From contig NC_043020.1 of NCBI RefSeq assembly GCF_006345805.1, positions 16,926,001 through 16,990,000 on the forward strand: a DNA stretch of 64,000 nt. The letters run 5' to 3'. The position numbers and the translations under genes were made by a program. The notes beneath the pieces were generated by a model. It was given only the letters and a program-made list of their open reading frames with translations, made no database searches and was not told where the DNA came from. This DNA is from Octopus sinensis (Eukaryota). Below, piece by piece: positions 37,479 through 50,279 of this stretch; within the stretch, counting starts at the first letter, position 1, and each line of letters begins with the position of its first letter.

Positions 37479-37900
37479 TTAAGTTAAGTTAATTTTTTGG
37501 CTCAAAAAGCATAAAGCAAGGCCATGTAGGGGAGACATGGAGTTATGTACAGGGAGGGTGTTCATGCAAAGAGTTCAGGCCATTTCTGGTCAAGTGAGAC
37601 TTTGAACCGAGCGGTCGTCAGCATCTTCACTATCTCGTCCGGCAGATTATTCCACAGATCCGCAACCCGGATGGAGAAAGCCCCTCTCCTTTGATTGAGA
37701 TGAAATCGTCGCAGATAGAGCTTTTCAGAGTGACCCCGCAGCCGACGCTCTGGAGCAGGAGTGAAGAACAGCTCTTTCGAGTGGTTACACTTTCCGCTTA
37801 TGATGTTTTGAGCGAGAATGAGATCACCACGGCGTCGGCGTTTTTCTAGAGAATAAAGGTTGAGCGTCTTCAGCCTTTCTTCATAAGACAAATGCGCAAC
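37479..37900 (-). mobile_element. CR1/L2-group LINE 3' fragment nested in a SINE-like repeat
   Basis: ORF LSYEERLKTLNLYSLEKRRRRGDLI...RVADLWNNLP with an (AACTT)n tail. The flanking repeat resumes on both sides. Confidence 0.85.
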
Positions 37901-39170
37901 CACTTGTACATAAATTTCATGAGCAGGCTGTACTCTTGATCAGATCAACTGGAACCCTCGACATTGTAACTGACAGAGTGACAGTTAATTAGTCTAAGGC
38001 AGTGAGCTGGTAGAATCACTAAAGCACAAGAAGAAACATTTTGTTGTATCTCTTATAGCTCCCTACATTTGGTTTTCAAATCCAGCTGAGGTCTTCTGTG
38101 CCTTTCTTACTTTCAAGGTTGATAAAGTACCATACAAGTTCTTTGGTTGATGATATCAATCAGCACCCGCCTTTCAGAATTGTTAGCCTTGTGTCTAACC
38201 CAGAAACATTTAATTAATCTTAGAAATGTCAACTTGAAAAGTAATTGCATTGTTAATTATAGATATTAAAGATATTAACAGAAATCACTTTTCAAGTTAA
38301 TTACTGGTAGATTTTTTTATAGAACATAGCTGTTAGTGACTTATTTACTATAAATTCTGGTGGCTTATAATAGAGCACAGTTCTTAGTGACCACTGCACA
38401 ATAAACTCTGGGGGATCACTCTGAATCTGAAGTTTGAACTTATGAGCATTCAATTACACTGTTTTATTCATTATCACCATCATTTAACTTCCTTTTTATA
38501 TGTTGGCATGGGTTGGACAGTTTGACCAGAGCTGGTAAGGTCAGGGGCCATACCAATCTCCACTGTCTGTTCTGGCATGGTTTCTACAGCTTTATGCCCT
38601 TCCTAATGCCAACTACTCGACAGAATGTACTGGGGGCTTTTTATTTTGACACCAGCACCAGTACTTTTAATGTGGCACCAGCACATTTTTCACCCTCACT
38701 ATTCTTTGAATACTGTGAGCAATGGATTGGCAAAATCATTAGTGTGTTGGAAAAAAGGTCTTGTGGTATCATTTTTTCTATCTCTTTACATTCTGAGTTA
38801 AAATTTTGCTGTGGTCAACATTGCCTTTCCTCTTTTCAGGGTTGATAAAATAAAAGTGCTAGTCAAATACTGAGGCTGATCATGTCCATATGACCTCTTA
38901 AGAATTACTGGCCTTGTACAAAAATTAGAATTATAAAAGGCAGCAAGCTAACAGAATTGTTAGTGTGCAAAATGCTTTAGTGGCAATTCTTCTGGTTTCA
39001 CATTCTGAGTTCAAATTCCACAGGGGTTGGCTTTGCCTTTCATCCTTTCAAGGTTCTTAAAATAAAGTACCCACTAGTACCCCATTCCCTGAAAATTTCA
39101 GGCCTTGTGCCTATAGTAGAAAGAGTTATATAAAATACTTACCTCTTGCTATATTTCTTGCTCTACCCAG

Positions 39171-39290
39171 CTTCTGACAGTCCTCACTTTGATTTAGTGC
39201 CCCTCCTTGGCTCAGATGATATTTCCGATGCTGGTCTTGAGTCTCTTGGGCAGCATTCTCAGTCCGAGAATCAAACAACACCTGTATCAG
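39171..39290 (+). CDS. ZXDC: ZXDC-like exon 9
   Basis: Acceptor ctctacccag, donor CAG|gtaagt, 120 nt, phase 1/1, open frame (ASDSPHFDLVPLLGSDD...). Confidence 0.82.
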
Positions 39291-40260
39291 GTAAGTTCTT
39301 CACTCTTATTTGTCTTATGTCACGTATGTGTCAGATAAAACTCTGTTAGATATATGCATGCTCACATGCACACACACACACAGACATGTGCTCTCTTTAC
39401 TCTTTTACTTGTTTCAGTCATTTGACTGCGGCCATGCTGGAGCACCGCCTTTAATCGAGCAAATCGACCGGGGGACTTATTTTTTTAAATCCCAGTACTT
39501 ATTCTATCGGTCTCGTTTGCCGAACCGCTAAGTGACGGGGACGTAAACACACCAGCATCGGTTGTCAAGCAATGCTAGAGGGACAAACACAGACACGCAA
39601 ACACACACATACATATATATATACGACAGGCTTCTTTCAGTTTCCGTCTACCAAATCCACTCACAAGGCTTTGGTCGGCCCGATGCTATAGCAGAAGACA
39701 CTTGCCCAAGATGCCACACAGTGGAACTGAACCCGGAACCATGTGGTTGGTTAGCAAGCTACTTACCACACAGCCACTCCTGTGCGTGTGTATTTATATA
39801 TTAATTGATAGTAGGAAATGGATTTTGTATTGGACTTTTATTAGGTACAACATATGTTTCGAGCCATCAGTCTGTGTCTCTTCAAGTACATTGATAAAGA
39901 AGTCTCACTGGATATTTTTTGTGCCAGCTGGCTTGTTGTTATATACTCATCCAGTTTGAGAATATATAAAAGTAAAAAATAATGTAGAAAGGGAAAAAAT
40001 TCAAATATGAACATGGAAAACATTCGTTTCAGTTTAGGTGAAATGACGTAATCAGCTTTCGCTGTCGTAACTTCTTAGAAGAAAAAGAAGAAGGTGAAAG
40101 AAAGATTAATACTTGTCTAAGATGTCTTAGCTTGTGTGTTGTGTGGTGTTGTGCTCTAAGAAGTTGAGTAAACCACATACAGGTTCCTTCATTGTTGGTT
40201 ATCTTTGTCATCATAAAGCTTATATTCCTGTCTGACTGTATAATTATGTGTATATTTCAG

Positions 40261-40347
40261 GAGTAAACCTCACCAATTCTTTATCTAATTCCATCCTTGG
40301 TTCTACTGATCCAGTATTAGTTGGTCCTTCAGATTATATGTCAACAG
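40261..40347 (+). CDS. ZXDC: ZXDC-like exon 10 (GVNLTNSLSNSILGSTDPVLVGPSDYMST)
   Basis: Acceptor tatttcag, donor CAG|gtaagt, 87 nt, phase 1/1, open frame. It could be skipped without a frameshift. Confidence 0.72.
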
Positions 40348-40371
40348 GTAAGTGTCTTTACCTTCAATTTG

Positions 40372-40645
40372 TCCTTTGATTATTATGAACATTTTGATCT
40401 CCATGTGTCTAACACACGTGGACATGCCTACAAAGTCAGAAAACAACACAGCTCCCATGACTTTCGGAAACATTTCTTCACGCTCAGAGTTGCTGAAGCA
40501 TGGAATAAACTGCCTGCGTCAGTTGTTGACTGCCATAACACTGCATCCTTTAAGGCCCTCATGCTTTCCGAAATCCGTCGAAACTACACCTGATTATATA
40601 TGCACTTTAGATGAGTTGTAGTGCACCTGAGCACTGTACACAATG

Positions 40646-40697
<52 letters not shown>
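40372..40697 (+). mobile_element. CR1-type LINE 3' end with (ATT)n tail (inverse copy 56225-56537)
   Basis: Encodes TRGHAYKV...RKHFFTLRVAEAWNKLPASVV, followed by a short UTR and (att)n. Confidence 0.85.
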
Positions 40698-40698
<1 letters not shown>

Positions 40699-42211
40699 AC
40701 TGACAAATTTGTTGAAATGGTAAATTCTCAGACTATGACTGTGTGCTTAGGTGGTTTGCTTTGCAGCTATGTATTTTCAGGTTCAGTCAAGTGTCTCTAT
40801 TATAGGCCCCAGCCAACCAAATCTTGTGAGCGTGTTTGGTAGACAAACTGAAAAGTGTGTGTATGTGTGTGCACATGAGTATGTATATTTGTGTCTCTTT
40901 GTCTTGACATTGCGGGCTAATTGTAATCAAACTTCCACCATCACATAAGCTGTATCATTCGTTCCCAACCATTTTTTGCTTGTGGACTCCTTTGATTCCT
41001 ATTTTACTCTAACCCCCCTCCCCTATCCGTGTTGAATAAAATTCTGTCATATTTTTATATTTAATCCTTTGGTATTTATTCCAGCCCAAATATTCTATCA
41101 GTTTTATGTTCAAACTGGCTAGGTCTGGCCTCTCACACCTGTCCTACAATGTCGTTCTTAAAATAAACGCATCATCAAAATCTCTACAAGATACTTGATT
41201 AATTCAAAACAGGTTCTGGGTTCAGTCCCACTACGTGGCACTTTCAGCGAGTGTCTTCAACTATAGCCTCAGGTCAACCAAAGCTTTGTGAGTGGATGTT
41301 GTAGATAGAAACTGAAAGAAGCTTGTCATATATATCTGTGTGTGTATCTTTGTGTCTGTGTTTGTCACCCCATCACAGCTTGATAACCGGTGTTGGCATG
41401 TTTACGTCCCTGTAACTTGGCAGTTCAGCAAAAGAGACCAATAGAATAAGTATTAAGCTTTAAAAAAAAAATGTTTTGGGGTCAATTTGTTTGACTAAAA
41501 CTCTTCAAAGCAGAGCTCCAGCATGGTCGCAGTCAAATGACTGAAACAAGATTAAAGAAAAGAATAAACTAAGCATTACATTTGGCAGAGTAATCTGAAT
41601 GCTCAAAGGGTTTTAAATACTTTTAGTAATTGCGTAACAAAAATTGATAAAATACTTTGTGTATTGTACAAGTACAAACAATTTAATGCTCATAAATTTT
41701 AACAATAAAATCTTATGTGGACCCTGGTTGAGGGGAATATTACTTTGCTTGAAAACAGGAGAGATGGTATCAGAGATTGTTGGTTTTGTGCTTAAATTAG
41801 AACTGGCAGAATTGTTAGCATGCTGTTAGAAATGCTGAGTTCAAATTCCACTGAGGTCAACTTTGCCTTTCATCCTTTCAGGGACGGTAAAATAAGTACT
41901 AGTTGAGCAATGGGGTCAGTGTAATAGACTATTCCCTTCCCCCAAATTTCAGGCCTTGTGCCTTTAGTAGAAAGGATTATTATTATTATTACTCTTACTC
42001 TTAAAACAGTGAGCTGGCAGAATTGTTAGCATGCCGGACAAAATGCCTAGTGCCATTTTTGTCTGTCTTTACATTCTGAGTCTGAATGTCACCGAGGTCA
42101 ACTTTAATTTTCATCGTTTCGCAGTCGATAAATTAAGTACCAGTGAAACACTTGTCCTCTGCCCCAAAATTCTAGGCCTTGTGCTTCCGGCAGAAAGGAT
42201 TACTATTATAC

Positions 42212-42440
42212 TTAACCCTTTAGTGTTCACATTATTTTCCCAAAATTAATCCTTTTTTATCCACATTGTTTTGAACTAATCATGCCTTATCTTGTAGCTT
42301 TGAGATTTTGATGAGGTAGCTGTTAATTTTTTAAACAATATTGTAGGGTTGGTGTGAGAGACCAGATGTGGCCAGTTTGAACATAAAACAGGCAGAATAC
42401 TTTTGGCCGGATATGGCCGGTTTAAATGCTAAAGGGTTAA
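42212..42440. mobile_element. TTAA-flanked MITE family E (others ~22680, 26030, 41065, 52267, 52442, 56538)
   Basis: Ends TTAACCCTTTAG...CTAAAGGGTTAA and a shared internal sequence aaactggccagatctggtctctcacacc. Confidence 0.8.
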
Positions 42441-42676
42441 GGCAGCAAGCTGGTAGAATTATTACCGCAGCAGGCAAATGTTTGGCAGCATTTTATCTGT
42501 CTTTGCATTCTGAGTTCAAATTCCACTGAAGTTGACTTTGCATTTCATCCTTTCAGGGTCAGTAAAGTACTGGAATCGATGTAATCGATTAATCCCCTCC
42601 CCCAAAGTTTCAGGCCTTTTGCCTTTAGTAGAAAGGATTATTATTATTCTTATTTTGTCTTCTTTTTTTTTTACAG

Positions 42677-42810
42677 ACTCTGAAAAATTGTTATCAGTAG
42701 CAGTAAATTCTGCATCTTTGTTCAGTTCCTCTGATAATCTCCCTCCTCATGGCATTACATTACGAGATCCAGAAACAGGCGTGACGTATGTCCAAACACA
42801 ACTACTGCAG
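42677..42810 (+). CDS. ZXDC: ZXDC-like exon 11 (...ITLRDPETGVTYVQTQLLQ)
   Basis: Polypyrimidine tract plus ttacag acceptor, donor CAG|gtaaga, phase 1 in and 0 out. Confidence 0.87.
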
Positions 42811-44667
42811 GTAAGAAGACAACTGGAGTTTTTCTTTCTCTTATTTTTGTTTGTTGTTTTAATAAGTTTAATCAGAGAATGATATACACGAACCACCTAC
42901 ATCTTTGTAGTTAGGGCCCAACATTGGAAAAATTGTTGCGACAGATACTGAACCTCAGGAACAGGTTGGAGTGCAGGACTGATCCAGATAATTGTCACCA
43001 ACTGAACTTTGCTAAAAGCACCCAAGGACTAAGTAGTCTAGCCATGTTGTTTAAAACATACATGCACTATGTGTGTGTGTGTGTGTGGATATGTTTGTGT
43101 GTTTTGGATTTACAAATGAGAGAAGAAAAGGATTCAATACATTAATCTACTATAAATGTGTTGAGGGCACATTCAAACCTGCTCTCAGTGCCACCTACCC
43201 AGAATATGTGATGCTGGCATTGTGGAGTGTTTATGGTGAGCTTCCAATTAGTACTACCAATTAGTATGGTGCTACTGATTTGTACAGTGACAGGGATATC
43301 ATGAGACAGACAATTTCTCTTATCACTTTGAAGTGCATCCTGTTCAGTTTCAGTGACTGAAGAAAAGATACCCACTCCTAAATGCTTGCATCTCACAGTC
43401 TGAATGGGTGGCACTATGAGCTGTTTTTAGGTATATTTACACCATTTGTGTATTGTGAGAAAATTTTCTCCTTGACAAAACACAATGAATGGCTTTCTTA
43501 TGGGTTCAAATATGCCTCAAGTATATTTAAACAGGTAATAACCGTAGAAAATTACTATTTGCAAATCTTGCAATGAGAGATATTCAGTGTTTCTACAGCT
43601 GGATTCCCTTCCTAACGCCAACCACTCTGTAAGTGTAGTGGGTGCTTTTTACGTGCCTCCAGCACAGATGCCAGGGGAGACTGGCAGCAGCCACGATCAG
43701 TTGGTGCTTTTTACGTGCCACTGGCATGGAAGCCAGTCAAGGCGGTGCTGGCATTGACCACGTACGGGAGGTGCTTTTTACGTGCCAGGGGACTGGGGTT
43801 AAAAATGGTAGTGGCATCGGTTCCTGTGGAACAACCATATTGATGTGACAATAAGCATTACTTATATATATATATCATCATCATAATTTAATATCTGTTG
43901 TCCATGCTGGCATAGTTTGGAATGTTTGACAGGAGCTGACAAGCCCAGGAGCCATACCAAGTTCCATTGTCTGTTTTGATATGGTTTCTGTGGCTAGATG
44001 CCCTTCCTAATGCCAACCACCCTACAGAGTGGACTGTGTGGCACCAGCACCAGCAGGCCAAGTAACAAGTAACTTGCATGACAAAGACCTCTTAGTAAAG
44101 AGAGTGGAACCGAGGGAATTGGCTGTGTGCCAGGTGAGAGGTTAGAGTATGATAGAGGAACAGAGGTAGTTGTCATACTATAGAGGAGGTACCTGACCAC
44201 CCCAGTAGGACAATGAAGGGGAAAGACAGTGGAAGAGAGTTAGAGAGACAGATGGAACTCTTTTTGCTGGCATCTCTTATGCTGTCAAGAAATGCATCAG
44301 AATTGCAAATTCTTTTCTATAAAAATGTTGTTCCTCAGACTTTCAGAACAAAAAAAAACAACCATCACATACATAGTTTTACTGGGCTTTTTTGATAGGT
44401 ATTATGTTCTGTCAAAAATCTGTCTTGAGTCTTCAGACTCGTTAGGCCAGAAGAGCTTTTCATGGAAATTTGGGGACAAAGGTCACTGACTGCATGACAC
44501 TTCCATTCATCTCCAACTATTACACAATGTCAAGGCAAAGACACACACACACACACACACATAGACATGTGTGTGTGCACGCATTATTATACTATGGGGT
44601 TTTTTCAGTTTTTGTCTGCCAAATAAATTCACATGGATTTGGTTGATCTAAGGCTATAGTAGAAGAC

Positions 44668-45094
44668 TGAGCGAAAACACCTAAAGCTCCACGAGGCTCT
44701 GGTAGGGTGTGGTGGTGAACCCTGCTGTACTCTTTCACCACAACTTTCTCTCACTCTTTCTTCCTGTTTCTGTTGTACCTGTATTTCAGAGGGCCAGCCT
44801 TGTCACACTCTGTGTCATGCTGAATCTCCCCGAGAAATACGTTAAGGTACACATGTCTGTGGAGTGCTCAGCCACTTGCACGTTAATAAATGAGCTGCAA
44901 TGTCACTGGTGTCAAGCTGTATCGGCCTTTGCCTTTCCCTTGGATAACATCGGTGGCATGGAGAGGAGAGGCTGGTATGCATGGGCGACTGCTGGTCTTC
45001 CATAGACAACCTTGACCAGACTTGTACCTCGGAGGGTAACTTTCTAGGTGCAATTCCATGGTCATTCATGACCGAAGGAGGTCACACATCACAC
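44668..45094 (+). mobile_element. Retroposon insertion with 12 bp TSD inside a decayed SINE A
   Basis: TSD ATAGTAGAAGAC at 44656-44667 and 45095-45106. It shares an internal segment with the repeats at ~37400 and ~48900. Confidence 0.7.
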
Positions 45095-45554
45095 ATAGTA
45101 GAAGACACTTGGAACCATGTGATTTAGAAGCAAACTTCTTACCACGTAACCACACCTTAAATACCACCCCAGCTGCCATTTGTACTCATTTGCAACTGAG
45201 CAAACTCAGTCTTGTTAGATATAAAGTAAAGAACCCCTTCGGTCATGAATGGCCATAGGAAAAGCAAAGGCCAATACAGCTTAACACCAGTGACATTGCA
45301 ACTCATTTTTACAGCTGAGTGAATTGGAGCAATGTGAAATAAAGGGTCTTGCTTAAGAACACAGCACATAGCCCAGTCCAGAAATCGAACTCACCACCTG
45401 ATTATTGTGAGCCCAACACTTTGACCACAGAGCCATGCGCCTTCACACTTAGATATAATATAAGGTTATTGCATATAGCTATATTAAACATAAGAAGATA
45501 GGCCAGTATTTTAACAGCTGTTATAATTTTGTTTGCTTGTTATTTATTTTCCAG

Positions 45555-45719
45555 GACGATCCACCAAATCCAGAGATGTATCCCGGAGATGGTAGTCTTG
45601 TCACTGATCTGGCTTTGCATGATGCAAGTTCAAACACAGCAGCTGATTCAGCTTCTGAACACGGTGCATCATCAACAGAATTTACTGGAACTACCATCAA
45701 TCTACAAGACCTAGAATGA
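45555..45719 (+). CDS. ZXDC: ZXDC-like last coding exon (DDPP...FTGTTINLQDLE*)
   Basis: Acceptor ttttccag and TGA stop. The C-terminal TINLQDL matches the vertebrate ZXDC terminus as recalled. The summed CDS of 3471 nt is divisible by 3. Confidence 0.88.
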   Translation, partial: DDPPNPEMYPGDGSLVTDLALHDASSNTAADSASEHGASSTEFTGTTINLQDLE

Positions 45720-48700
45720 TGACCAGTGTCCACACATCTGATTCGTTAGGTGTAAATTTTGCTACAATTCCATTCCAGATGTTAACTCAAAGAGACAGTG
45801 AGTTGCAAACACAAAAGAAATACCTCCAACACAAGACTTCTATTTATTTCTTGTGTTCTTTCAGTCCTGGCTATGTTGACTAAATATCGTCACAGATTTT
45901 AATGGTTTTTCCTCTGAATAATTAACAATTCTTTTTTCTTCAGTTGGGTATGAAGAGAATTGGGTATTTACAGTGATATATTTCTTGGGAGGAAAAACGC
46001 AAAAAAAAAAACCTGTTTAGCAACTGAAAACTTCATTGCTATTCTTGTGGTTTTGTTAAAGCTGTTGAACTAAAGACTGGCATGTCAGGACTCTGGCACT
46101 GTAATCTTTATACAGAAAGCTGCAAAATATATTTTTATAATGGAAACTGTATGAACGTTTGGGTGGGAATTTTCCACCTCCTGTTTGCCTGCTTGATGTG
46201 ACACAACGTAAAAGTCATTTAGATAAATGCCTATCGCTGCGTGTTTGAGTAGCATTTGTCATAGTTGGTACAGCACTGGCCAAACTGCCAAAGGATCAAT
46301 GATTAGTATCCAATCACTGGTGCTGTACTATTTCTGTGGCAAAGACACTTGACTCTCAAAGGCCCAGTTCAACTTGCTTTAAATAGTTTCCATGGGAAGG
46401 TAGCTCTCACTCTATTAAGCCGTGGAGTCGGGAGCACTGTATAATCAACGGGTGTTTTACTTATATAAGGCAAGGTTTACTATAATCTGTTTGCCTATCT
46501 CAGGAGACAGAGAGAAAAGACAACTATCTCTGAACTGTTTAACACCTTAAAAACAGGGATAAGCACCAACGCATCACAATACCTGATAAGCAATAGTATA
46601 TGATATTGTGGGATCTGCCAATGTTTTAGCCATGAGATAGAGCTAGTGTTCTTTTGCTACATTCAACTATAAGTTCTAATGGCCATATCACTCTGGTTTC
46701 TGCATTGTATCATGTGGCAAGACTCACATATTCATGTTCTGTATTGCATCATAGGGTCAGATACATGCATCCGTATTACCATGTGTATTGTGACTTGTGG
46801 CCAATGTCTATATTCTGTGAATTGTGTCATGTAGCAAGATACAAACTTCACTTAATTGAAAAATTAATTTGGCAAACTGGTCAATCATGTTGAGTGAAAT
46901 TACTTCATCTTCCTAAGACTTTATACCTTGCCTACAAGCGACAGTGTTTGGATAAATATTCCGCACAGCTTACACTTTGATTCTAGAATTCTCTCCCGGT
47001 GTTGGCATTGCATTGACGAGATGCCTAATTTAAGAAATGACTATATTTTTATTTGTTCCTCTTCATTCTGTGTTCATTTATTTTAACATTATTTCTGGGG
47101 TTTCTTTTTTTTTCCCACTGTATTTTGTTCCCTACATGCCTCTCTACTTGTTTTCCATAAACCATGCTCCAAAACATATTTCCATGTGTCTCCTCTGATC
47201 TTGGACAGTTTACTTTTTGTGGACCTCAGTTCATCTTACTGCAAGGAGATATCTACCAGGTCTTGTGAGAGTGTTTGTCTAAAATGGACTGGTTTCCTAT
47301 CCAGCTGAAGGTTTTATTTGTCATCCTGGTTAACACCATTGAACCAGAGCTATGCCCCAGCATAATATGCTCTCTGTGAGACATGTACACATTCATTGTA
47401 TTGACGTCACCCATTGTTTCTTGCAGTTTTCTCCTGTACCCCTTGCTAAATTATTTATTTTGATGGTGTCTTTTTATCATTATTATTATTATTATATATT
47501 TTGTACTGCCTGATCTTATCTTAAAGAGTGTGTTGACTTCAGCAGTACAGCTATTGTATTAATGCTTATTGTTTTGGTTTTGATGTTTTTGTTTTGTACT
47601 GGTAGACCTGTGAAGAGACTCTCTCTGTAAATTTTCCCATCATTTCAGAGTCCAGTTGTTATTGTTGTTGTTTAAACCCAGGCCAGTCCTGATCCAGTAG
47701 ACTTATGATGAAAGGCCCTTACAGTTGTGACCAGCCTGTTATTTATTCAGATATGTCTGAGATTACATTATCCAATGTAACCTTTTTTTTTCTTCAAGAT
47801 TGTGGGATGTGATTTGAGAAGGGATTTCAGCTGCTATTACTAGCACATTAAGCAACCCTAAAGAGGCTCTGTCATTGGTAGCACATGATTGAGACTGATA
47901 ATGCAATGAAAACTTTTGTATAGATTAAAGTTGGTTGGATTCACATCAAAGAAAGGGGTATTAAATATTTATCCTTGTTGGTTATTTAGTGGAATTGGTA
48001 GAGCAGCTATGTCCCGTAAAAATTAGCATTCACATCTGGTCAAACTCAACTTTTACTATTTGTCTTCTTGGATAATGTTAGTCAATAAAAACAAGTAGCA
48101 TTCAAGTACCTGTATTGATACAATCAACTGTACTTCCGCTCTCTACACCCTGTATTAAGAAAGCTATGCCATGGCAGGATCTGTAAAGTACACGACAAAA
48201 CATCCTGTAATATTTTAATTATGTCCCTTTATGTTTTTCATTCCGTACTCACAGAGGCTGGCTTTTCCTTTCATCTTTCTTGGTGGGTTGAGTAAAAATA
48301 AGTATACCAATCAACTATACTTCCTTCCACAAAAGTTGTGGCCTTGTGCCTGTTACAAACTGTCGTTGTTATCATTACTAGTTTTAGTTACGTCCCTTTG
48401 CATTCCGATTGTCAAGCCTTGCTTATGTTTTTTGACTTTCATCCTTCTGCAGTGATAAAATAAGTACCAAAAGACTGCTGGAGTTAGTGCCATCAACTAA
48501 GCTCTTCCCACAAAATTTGTGGCCTAGTGCCTATATCAGAAATTATTTCCTCCCTCTTTTTCACTTTTTCTTTATCTAACATGGATTTCTCTCACCCTTT
48601 TCTTGCCAAGACATCTCTTTAACTGCAGCCACATTGCATACAATATTTTCTCTACCATTCCTTTACACTGACTATTGGTCCAGTGTAAAAGCTAGCTTGG

Positions 48701-50279
48701 AATAATCTCAGTAATATTGTCACCAATATATATATATGTATAAAGGTGGTGCTCCTACATGGCTGCAGTCAAATGACTGAAACAGGTAAAAGAAGTTCCT
48801 TCAAAGGGGTCTGTTAAACATCCAATTCACTGAATACCATATAAATGTATTGGTGACAATATATAACTGGCACTCTATCACTTACTATGATGTTTCCAGT
48901 CGATCTGATCAACGGAACAGCCTTCTCATGAAATTAATGTGCAAGTGGCTGAGCACTCCACAAACATGTGTACCCTTAAGTTTCTCGGGGAGATTCAGCA
49001 TGGCACACAATGTGAAAAGGCTGACTCTTTGAAATACAGGTACAACTTATTTTTGCCAGCTGAGTGGAGTGAAGCAATGTGAAATAAAGTGTCTTGCTCA
49101 AGGACACAACATGACTTTATGATTATGGGCCAAATACCTTAACCACTAAGACCTGCACTTTCATGACTATATATATGTGTGTGTGCGCACACATATGAGT
49201 AGACAATGAGCAAAATTACTCTGCTAGTACCTTATGTTTTTTTAGACCATTGTATACAAAGAGCACTCATTTTAAATTCAGTATATCATATTCTCATAGA
49301 ATATATTTAATTAAAGATATATATATATATAAACAGATTCAAGGCTGCAATCAAATGACAGAAATAAGTAAAAGAATATATACACAAATACACAACTGCT
49401 TTCTTTTGCTTTTCATCTACCAAAGCAACTCACAAAACTTTGGCCAGCATGTTACTATAGTTGAAGATGCTTGCTTGCACAACCTGAAGGCACAAGATTG
49501 GGAAGTGAACTTTTTAACCTCACATCCGTGTCTATATCTTTGTGTGCGTGGAGTGGGGCAAGGCTCTGGTTTTGGAGTTTCATTTAACTGCATGGCATCT
49601 TGGTCAAGTGTCTACTGCTGGTGCTGCTACTATTACAACATTGGGTAAGCCACTGCCTTGTTGGTGAAATTTGATTGCCAGAAAGTGTACAAAAACCATC
49701 ATGTACGTACATTCGTGTGTTTGTGTTCGTCTCCACTTACCTTTGGATCAGATACTCTTTTGCTGTGCTAATGATGTTTGCAACCTGCATAAACAGAATG
49801 CCCAGCAGCATGCAGTTCATCTGTGAGGGCTTGGATTGATCATCATCGTTGTTTAACGTCCGCTTTCCATGCTAGCATGGGTTGGACGGTTCAACTGGGG
49901 TCTGGGAATCCAGAAGGCTGCACCAGGCCCAGTCTGATCTGGCAGTGTTTCTACAGCTGGATGCCCTTCTTAACGCCAACCACTCTGTGAGTGTAGTGGG
50001 TGCTTTTTACGTGCCAGACGAGGCTGGCGAACGGCCACGCTCGGATGGTGCTTTTTACGTGCCACCGGCACGGAGACCAGACGAAGCTGGCAACGGCCAC
50101 GGTCAGATGGTGCTTTTTACAACTTATTCGAAAAATGAGTTGCAGTTAGCATCTCGAAAGGAGCATCCACTTGTAGAATACTGCCTCAGCAAGTCTCATC
50201 CAACTCATTCTACTTGGAAAAAGGAAGCATAAAAATATTGATGGAAAGTTCCATGCTTATGTAATTAATTGTTGTTAAG

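Noticed and set aside
40040-40082. Minus-strand CTAAGAA...GCGAAAGCTG hammerhead-like relic
   Set aside because: It has two or more core mismatches and weak stems, so it cannot be supported.
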